Of a DNA stretch of 32,000 nucleotides, positions 25,916 through 32,000 are shown piece by piece. The notes beneath the pieces were generated by a model, which was not told where the DNA came from, ran no database searches, and saw only the letters and a list, made by a program, of their open reading frames with translations. The translations under genes were made by a program, and so were the position numbers. The stretch lies in assembly GCF_000018785.1 (NCBI RefSeq), contig NC_010163.1:1440001-1472000 (forward strand). Direction: 5' to 3'. Source of the stretch: Acholeplasma laidlawii PG-8A (GTDB taxonomy: Bacteria; Bacillota_I; Bacilli_A; Acholeplasmatales; Acholeplasmataceae). Numbering within the stretch: position 1 is the stretch's first letter; every line of letters begins with the position of its first letter.

Positions 25916-26852
25916 TACTTTCTACCATCCTTTCATCAAAACATTGTACGACCTCTAATGCTTGTTCCCAGCTATGAAGTGTTGCGCCACATGCATTAGC
26001 ATGACCACCACCACCAAATTTTTTAGCAATGTCTACAATTGAGACGTCTTTACTTCTAAATTCACCAATGATTTCGCCTTTTTCGTTTTCACTGAAATTT
26101 GCCCAAATACGCACTTCTTTAATACCAGCCATAATGTTTACCGTACCACGGGAAACATCTTGGAAGGTTAAACCTGATTCGCTAATTGATTTAAAATCAT
26201 TAAATCTATACGCTACATTGTGATCTGATAAACTAAAACTTCTAAACTTTTCTTTAGCCATGCGTTTTGCAAGTGTTTCAAGTTGTTGAAAATCACTTAA
26301 ACTTTGTAGATCAATATCGTATTCCATTAAGCGAGCTACGACATCAAATGTATGCTTCGCATTTTGTTTGCTGATATATTGGAAACGACCACTATCACCA
26401 ACAATACCTGCATAAATATGAGATGCAGCCATATCGTTAAATCTTAGATTACCTTTAATCGCAATCTCGCCAATCATTTGACTACATGAAATTAAATCTG
26501 GCCTATGGTAAAACAGATCAGGATTGATATTTGAGTCATTTCTATGATGATCTATATTAATAAGTGTTTTGCCTAATTTGTAACGTGTATCGGATATCAG
26601 CGCCTCTGCAGCTGTATCTAAAACAAATACGAGTGCGCCTTCATAGACTGAATCATCAATGACATCCATTGTATGTTCGTATGGGTATTGCTGTGTATCA
26701 CCTACAACATAAACCGTTTTGTCTTTAAAGTTTTCTCTGATAATTTCTTTCAAACCGAGTTGTGATCCATAAGCATCTAGATCTGGTTGTTTGTGTCTGT
26801 GAATAATAATTGTTGAGTGGTTCTGTATTTCTTTTATAATTTGATTTTCCAT
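25908..26852 (-). CDS. DHH/DHHA1 phosphoesterase, second divergent paralog
   Basis: Motifs HKQPDLDAYG, VLDTA, NIDHH and GGGHANACGA. The protein is 314 aa. RBS is AGGTAGGA. Confidence 0.88.
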   Translation of the reverse strand: MENQIIKEIQNHSTIIIHRHKQPDLDAYGSQLGLKEIIRENFKDKTVYVVGDTQQYPYEHTMDVIDDSVYEGALVFVLDTAAEALISDTRYKLGKTLINIDHHRNDSNINPDLFYHRPDLISCSQMIGEIAIKGNLRFNDMAASHIYAGIVGDSGRFQYISKQNAKHTFDVVARLMEYDIDLQSLSDFQQLETLAKRMAKEKFRSFSLSDHNVAYRFNDFKSISESGLTFQDVSRGTVNIMAGIKEVRIWANFSENEKGEIIGEFRSKDVSIVDIAKKFGGGGHANACGATLHSWEQALEVVQCFDERMVESNV

Positions 26853-26924
26853 ATAATCCTACCTAAATTTAGAATAGTATAGTATAACATATATTGACTA
26901 ATATTACGATATAAAAACGCTAAT

Positions 26925-26971
26925 TTGATAATAAAAACCACTTAATACTACAATTTAATTTTAAGTGGTTT
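26925..26971 (-). terminator. Intrinsic terminator downstream of the nuclease lipoprotein gene
   Basis: 11-bp stem AAACCACTTAA / TTAAGTGGTTT (26935-26945 and 26961-26971). On the minus strand it is followed by TTATTATC. Confidence 0.7.
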
Positions 26972-26995
26972 CATTGTGTTAAAATAATGTTATTT

Positions 26996-28210
26996 TTACC
27001 AAGGTAATGGATTATGTGGTTCCCAAGTTGGGTTTGTCGTTGCTAATCCACCAGTACCATTGTTTGCTTGATAATTCCAGTCTGGAGATTTTTCTCCATC
27101 TGGATTTCCTGGATATCCATGCATAGCCCATCCTTGAGATCTTGCATATTCTTCTGCAAACTTTAAGAATGTTAGATATGGAACATCTTTGTATGTTAAA
27201 AGGGTATCATAATTGCTAAATGTAAGAGGGACATCGTCTGATAAACCTTCTTTAACAATCAAGAATTGTGATAAGTGACCATTAATCCATACTAAACCTA
27301 GATTACGTCCATTGCCCTCTTGTAGTGCATAGCCCGGAATAGATTGAACAATGATTTCTTTACTTGTTGCATCATTTAACAGATATTCTTTATTGAATTT
27401 ACTTGCAACATATCCCCATGGTGCAGCAATTACATAAGCACCATTAACTTCTGGTGTATCAATATAAAAGTATCTCATTGAACCACCAGGATAGCCATTT
27501 CCAGCACGAAATGTTGCTGTATCACCATCAGCAATACTTTGAAGTGTAACAAGTGCAGTACCACCTCCACCTACAGTTGGGTTTGTAGGATCAACATAAT
27601 CTAGATCATGATATCTTTCTTCTAGTCTTGGTCCTTCAAGTAATTGTTCTAATGTTTTAATTTGGTATAACTCATTTTTTAGATAATTAAAAGCTTCTGG
27701 TTTGTAACTAATAAATTTGTACGCTGTGTAGCTTGCATCTGGTTTAAATTCTGCAGGATTACCAAGTCTAATCATGGTTTGATTTCTTGAAAAATCTAGA
27801 TCCATTCCAATGGTACCTACTAAGTCATGTGCCTTACCAGATACTCTTAATTCGATTGCGTCATTACCGTTAAACGGTAATGGACCATCTTCATAAGTAA
27901 AATCAATTAGTGGTTTTACTGAAGATATGGTTTGTTGATTACTTCCAATAACGAAATATCCTTTGGCTGCGATTTCACCAGTTAATTTAATTTTTACAGA
28001 TACTTCTTCAGAACCATTTGAATAAAAATATAATTCATGATTGCTTAACTTAACTACTTCTTCACTTGGGTTATATAATTCAAGTAAATTATCGCTTTGA
28101 TAAGCCGTTGTATATACTTTTGAAATCACTACATCAGATGTTGCGCTATCACATGATACAAGTATGAATGCTGCAAATACTAATATAAATATACTTAATT
28201 TTTTTAACAT
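26996..28210 (-). CDS. Surface lipoprotein nuclease: lamin-tail domain (LTD) plus staphylococcal-nuclease (SNase/thermonuclease) domain
   Basis: Signal peptide with lipobox LVSC (Cys20). LTD-like segment VVISKVYTTAYQSDNLLELYNPSEEVVKLSNHELYF. SNase-like segment LQSIADGDTATFRAG...MRYFYIDTPE. RBS is AAGGGGAAG. Confidence 0.85.
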   Translation of the reverse strand: MLKKLSIFILVFAAFILVSCDSATSDVVISKVYTTAYQSDNLLELYNPSEEVVKLSNHELYFYSNGSEEVSVKIKLTGEIAAKGYFVIGSNQQTISSVKPLIDFTYEDGPLPFNGNDAIELRVSGKAHDLVGTIGMDLDFSRNQTMIRLGNPAEFKPDASYTAYKFISYKPEAFNYLKNELYQIKTLEQLLEGPRLEERYHDLDYVDPTNPTVGGGGTALVTLQSIADGDTATFRAGNGYPGGSMRYFYIDTPEVNGAYVIAAPWGYVASKFNKEYLLNDATSKEIIVQSIPGYALQEGNGRNLGLVWINGHLSQFLIVKEGLSDDVPLTFSNYDTLLTYKDVPYLTFLKFAEEYARSQGWAMHGYPGNPDGEKSPDWNYQANNGTGGLATTNPTWEPHNPLPW

Positions 28211-28223
28211 ATATTGCTTCCCC

Positions 28224-29156
28224 TTACATTTCTTTGTTATGTTTTATTGCTTCTATTTCCTGTCTTTGAAGTTCTTTTTTTGCGCTACGCTTTAGTTTAT
28301 ATCTTGTATATACTTCTTTATGGAAAAAGATAAAGTATGTTAGTGGTATCACTACAAGTAGCAGTAATGAAATATTTATTAGATATAAACTGTTTAATTT
28401 GTTTAGTTTACTGATTAAAGTAGCATCATAATATAAATTTATATTATTTTTGATATCACTAAGCGATTCATCTGATAAAAATTTAATTTCATCGGATGTA
28501 ATAAACTTGATATCTCTTTGATAAGTGTTGCTAAATTTATCAGGGATTTGATTTACTAAATCAGAATTATATAAAGTGACTAACTCTCTACTAAAATAAT
28601 TAATATCATCATATGCAATGTGAATGGATTCAAATGAAATAGTTGATTCCGCTTTTAGTCTATCAAAATTAATAAGCAATAACTTTGAAGTATCATCATA
28701 GAGTGTGATGAAGGTTTCTTCAAATGTTTGTTTATTCGTTTGTCCAATAGTGATTTCTTGATTAAATTTGATAGTTGCACGAATTGTGCTATAGTCATCT
28801 TCATCTTTTAACAGTGATGTATCTGTTATATTTAGATCCCTTATTAAGATAGCTAGAGAATGCTCATAGGATCTTAAATTTTCAGCAACTTTATAAATGT
28901 ATAGACCCACTTCATCTTCACCATCTATAAAATGTTGTTCATAAAGCGGCTCTTTAAAGATAATAGCATTGGTTCCATCACCTCTATTAGCAACCAGTGT
29001 TGCAGCAAGTAACTTTACATTGTTATCTTCTACCTCACTTTGTAGTGATTGTAGAAACTCTACACGTTTTTGCGCTTCTGTATATAAAGAAACCATGAAT
29101 GTTGCCATACCAATAAAAATGATGTATAGAATTATAAAAAACCAGTTTTTTGTCAT
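28224..29156 (-). CDS. Hypothetical bitopic membrane protein (N- and C-terminal TM helices around an external domain of about 230 aa)
   Basis: TM helices are WFFIILYIIFIGMATFMVSLY and LYLINISLLLLVVIPLTYFIFF, followed by a basic C-terminal tail. It is probably co-transcribed with the nuclease gene (13-nt gap). I recognise no family. Confidence 0.6.
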   Translation of the reverse strand: MTKNWFFIILYIIFIGMATFMVSLYTEAQKRVEFLQSLQSEVEDNNVKLLAATLVANRGDGTNAIIFKEPLYEQHFIDGEDEVGLYIYKVAENLRSYEHSLAILIRDLNITDTSLLKDEDDYSTIRATIKFNQEITIGQTNKQTFEETFITLYDDTSKLLLINFDRLKAESTISFESIHIAYDDINYFSRELVTLYNSDLVNQIPDKFSNTYQRDIKFITSDEIKFLSDESLSDIKNNINLYYDATLISKLNKLNSLYLINISLLLLVVIPLTYFIFFHKEVYTRYKLKRSAKKELQRQEIEAIKHNKEM

Positions 29157-29194
29157 AGATTTATCCTTAAATGTAAGCTACTTAATGTCTTTTA

Positions 29195-29223
29195 ATTATA
29201 TAATAAATTACGTATTTTTTCAA
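29195..29223 (-). promoter_or_regulatory. Sigma-70 promoter of the membrane-protein/nuclease operon
   Basis: Minus strand reads TTGAAA (29223-29218), an exact 17-nt spacer, then TATAAT (29200-29195). Confidence 0.6.
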
Positions 29224-29267
29224 TTTATTATATGTTTTATAACTAATATGTTTGAATTTCTATATTT

Positions 29268-29311
29268 TAGAAAAGAAAAGCCTATGCTTCATTCTTAAAG
29301 AAGCATAGGCT
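29268..29311 (-). terminator. Intrinsic terminator downstream of the large surface-protein gene
   Basis: 12-bp stem AGCCTATGCTTC / GAAGCATAGGCT (29279-29290 and 29300-29311). On the minus strand it is followed by TTTCTTTTCT. Confidence 0.75.
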
Positions 29312-29361
29312 CTAATTTTTTATCACTTTATACTTACTATATTACTATGAAATATAAATAA

Positions 29362-32000
29362 TTAATTAAGTACGTAAATCTTTAGGTTATCTACACCAAT
29401 AGCATAAGCTGTGTTTGAAGTTGATGATGCAGCTGGTGCTTCATATACTAATCTATATGTTCCGCCACCTGTAATTTCGATAGATACGTTTGTTAATGCG
29501 TCTTTAGTTAATTGACCAAATACGTTATCACCAACTGTTACCCAATTTTCACCTTCAAGTTTTTCAACTCTTACTGATGAACCTGCTAATCCTACAGTTT
29601 GATCAAAGTTATTTTGATTCCATGCAGCAAAGTCAAATTCTATCTTTGATGCGTTTGCATAAGCTGCTGCAGTTAAGTCGAATTCAACATAAGATAGTTT
29701 AAATGTAGAAATTGGTGCTAATACTAGGAATGCTGCACTGTCAGCCCAAGGAGCAAAAGTACTTGTGTTAATTTGTACTCTATCTTTGTCTAGTGTAAAT
29801 GCATCACCATTTGTATTAGAGAATGCTAATGTTCCAGCCGCATAACCTGTAACAGGTGATGGACCAAAATCAAATGTGTAAGCTACAGTTTCAACTGCTG
29901 CTTCAGCTTTTACAGTGATTTCAAACACTTTAGTGTCTGTTGCTTCACCATTTGTTAAAGCTGCTGTTAATGTAACTACAGTATCAGCTGCTGGTTTAGT
30001 GTATGTACCATCGTTGCCTAAAACTTCTGGATGTGATGATGTCCATACTACAGTTGTACCGTTTGCTAGTGTAACAGGTAATGATAATGATTCTAGTGTT
30101 GTTGCCGGTAATTCTAATAATAGTTTGTCTAATGCTAATTCTTCTGCATCAGTTAAGATTGGTGATTCACCTTCAGTAACTTGAGCTGCAGCATGAATAC
30201 CAATTGCACCATTATTTGATCTCCAAGTTAATAAAGCATTAGTAAATGACACATAATCACCAACTTTTAAGCCCTTAATAAAGTCAGATGAACCAACTAG
30301 TGGTTGTCTTGAATCCCAGTAGAATCTAATTGTCTTTAATGTTACTTCATCTTCTAAGATTAATTCAACGTTACCGTAATCATTAGCGATAACTTCTTTT
30401 ACCTTTAAGTTAGCAACTGAAACTAGATTTGATTGGAATGGTAATAGACTTTCTGCATCCCATAAAGTGATTGTTCTTAGGTCTGTAGCTTCTGGCATTG
30501 TACCATCTAATTCTAAATCAGTAACTTCTGGACTACCTAATTGAATTAATCCACTAAATACTGTTCTAGTACCAATGATTTGAACTTGTTTACCAACTAA
30601 TAATGCTAGGTCAGCTGCTGCCCCTACTGAAGCATATACAGTGATTGCACCAGTACCATCAGCGATAGAAATTTGTCTATGAGCGTTGTAACCTAATACA
30701 GTACCAGTAATCATAAATTTATAAGTATTAACTGTAGCTTCTAAAACTTCTGCAATTGTAGATGGAGCAACTTCGCCCACTCTAATTGTGAATTCTTTAG
30801 TAGCTGAAGCCTCGCCTAATGTTAATGTAGCAACTAATTTAACATCTTTTTGACCAGATGTTGGAAGTGTTACCTTACCATCAGCTAAGTTAATTAATGC
30901 GTTGTTTGCATCTTCTGCATCTTTGAATGACCAAGCGATATTTACTTCATCAGATTTATTAGCTAATGTTAATGTTTGATCTGCTTTGTAAACTTCAACT
31001 GGTAATTTAAGTGCGTTTTTAGCAACGTCAACTTTTTGTGATTCATTTAAGTTTGCAGTAATACCTGATGGTCCACCTACATAGTAAACAGCAAATGCTA
31101 AGTTATTTGATCTGTATGTATAAATCACTACATCCATTTCAACTTCAAAGCCTGCAAAACTACGTACGTAAGGGAAATCAGCTGTTCCGTAATAGAACAT
31201 AAAGCCGCTTGCAGGAACACCTGGTTCACCTAATACTAATGCAGATTTAGCTGCATCAATAATGTAAGTATTGTAGTTACCTGAATCGCCTTCAATCATG
31301 AAGATATTACCTTTAACAGTTGCATAAATTGGTTCAAAGTTTCCATCAGAAACAGCTGGATAATTATGTTCGCCTGCTGTTGTTAATTCACTGATCTTAG
31401 AATCAACACTGTTAACAGTTTCTTTAGTTGGATATTGTGGCGTTGCAGATGCTTTTTCAACACCTGTAGATTTCACTAATTCCCAAATACCGAAGTACCA
31501 TTCTAAAGCACCAGTAACATCGTATACTTTACCAACTTCGAAAGTTGTTTGGCTGTTGAATAATTGAATAATACCTGTTCCATCATAACCAAAGTAAACA
31601 TCACCTTTTGCAAAGATTGTTACATTTGGAATAGTTACAGTATATTCGCCACCATCATAAGCTTCATCTCTGATCGCTAGGATATCAGCAATTGTTTCAA
31701 TTTCGATTTCTTCAACTGTATTTTCTTTAATTGTTAATGTTTTTTCCCATTTCTTCTCTAAGATTTCATCAGAAATTTCTGATTTTAATTTTAAAGTAGC
31801 TGTGATTTTAACAGTTGCATCGCCTTGACCTTTAGCTGGACGGTTAACAGTTGCAGTAACTTCATTGTTAACAGCAGTTCCAAATGATACAACACCTGGA
31901 TTATCTGATGTCCATACAGCTTCGATCCCACCAGCAAGCATGCTTGGTACAACGAAGTTTGATGTAATATTAGATGGATCACTGATTAAAATGTCCATAC
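29362..32000 (-). CDS. Large multi-domain surface protein (Ig-like modules, OB-fold-like modules, C-terminal beta-sandwich); probably 5'-truncated by the window edge
   Basis: 878 aa are visible and none resemble a signal peptide or anchor, so the true start is probably beyond 32000. Three related modules of about 85 aa lie at residues 10-90, 318-407 and 612-697. Segments between them follow the pattern of OB-fold domains seen in extracellular nucleases. Composition is T/V/A/G/N-rich with almost no Cys. Confidence 0.75.
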   Translation of the reverse strand, partial: MDILISDPSNITSNFVVPSMLAGGIEAVWTSDNPGVVSFGTAVNNEVTATVNRPAKGQGDATVKITATLKLKSEISDEILEKKWEKTLTIKENTVEEIEIETIADILAIRDEAYDGGEYTVTIPNVTIFAKGDVYFGYDGTGIIQLFNSQTTFEVGKVYDVTGALEWYFGIWELVKSTGVEKASATPQYPTKETVNSVDSKISELTTAGEHNYPAVSDGNFEPIYATVKGNIFMIEGDSGNYNTYIIDAAKSALVLGEPGVPASGFMFYYGTADFPYVRSFAGFEVEMDVVIYTYRSNNLAFAVYYVGGPSGITANLNESQKVDVAKNALKLPVEVYKADQTLTLANKSDEVNIAWSFKDAEDANNALINLADGKVTLPTSGQKDVKLVATLTLGEASATKEFTIRVGEVAPSTIAEVLEATVNTYKFMITGTVLGYNAHRQISIADGTGAITVYASVGAAADLALLVGKQVQIIGTRTVFSGLIQLGSPEVTDLELDGTMPEATDLRTITLWDAESLLPFQSNLVSVANLKVKEVIANDYGNVELILEDEVTLKTIRFYWDSRQPLVGSSDFIKGLKVGDYVSFTNALLTWRSNNGAIGIHAAAQVTEGESPILTDAEELALDKLLLELPATTLESLSLPVTLANGTTVVWTSSHPEVLGNDGTYTKPAADTVVTLTAALTNGEATDTKVFEITVKAEAAVETVAYTFDFGPSPVTGYAAGTLAFSNTNGDAFTLDKDRVQINTSTFAPWADSAAFLVLAPISTFKLSYVEFDLTAAAYANASKIEFDFAAWNQNNFDQTVGLAGSSVRVEKLEGENWVTVGDNVFGQLTKDALTNVSIEITGGGTYRLVYEAPAASSTSNTAYAIGVDNLKIYVLN

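Noticed and set aside
1092-31982. Short ORFs from the six-frame track that lie inside or antisense to well-supported genes: 1092..1370+, 2506..2727-, 7942..8148-, 10734..10961+, 11617..11838+, 11901..12206+, 13301..13486+, 15143..15352+, 18637..18903+, 20811..21068+, 22027..22245+, 22869..23081+, 23523..23735+, 24418..24780+, 24697..24891-, 24996..25256+, 25302..25526+, 26029..26223+, 28969..29298+, 29915..30184+, 31791..31982-.
   Set aside because: Each is fully or largely embedded in a gene with strong family-level support on the other strand or in another frame. Their products have shadow-frame composition (S/P/I/L-rich, low complexity), no recognisable motifs and no RBS. They are the expected chance ORFs of AT-rich DNA.
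1-32000. Looked for tRNA/rRNA genes, CRISPR arrays, IS elements or transposases, integrases, prophage genes and long direct or inverted repeats.
   Set aside because: All intergenic regions are 205 nt or shorter and are accounted for by promoters, leaders and terminators. No repeat-spacer periodicity, transposase-like ORF or terminal inverted repeats were seen by eye. A computational repeat search would be needed to exclude short dispersed repeats.

Overview
AT-rich chromosomal segment with low-GC Firmicutes/Mollicutes-type gene content (Acholeplasma-like is my guess). It uses the standard code: TGA serves as a stop, Trp is TGG, and no in-frame TGA is needed. I support 33 protein-coding genes and found no tRNA, rRNA, CRISPR array or mobile element. 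Genes from 5402 to 10903 are on the plus strand; all genes from 10958 to the window end are on the minus strand. Most of the window is conserved housekeeping: dus, hslO, maf, tilS-hpt-ftsH-rqcP-lysS, fba, pyrG, rpoE, dnaX-ybaB-recR, mnmE, an MgtC-family gene and two tandem DHH/DHHA1 phosphoesterases. Items worth a second look: (1) a heliorhodopsin gene with all key chromophore residues, paired with a tocopherol-cyclase (VTE1)-family gene; the pair sits between rpoE and pyrG, which I recall as adjacent in Bacillus. (2) Two pyrimidine-type transcription attenuators: a pyrG leader with a GGGC start and a pyrimidine-rich terminator arm, and a PyrR-like leader upstream of a uracil-permease-like gene. 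(3) A PadR / DUF1700 / DUF4097 three-gene module driven by a perfect consensus promoter. (4) A surface nucleic-acid module: a large multi-domain OB-fold/Ig-like protein, a bitopic membrane protein, and a lamin-tail-domain plus staphylococcal-nuclease lipoprotein. (5) A tightly coupled queG / Gfo-Idh-MocA / DUF4256 / small-membrane-protein operon. Several N-terminal extensions in the ORF track are spurious because they run over promoters or terminators; I corrected those starts using RBS positions.
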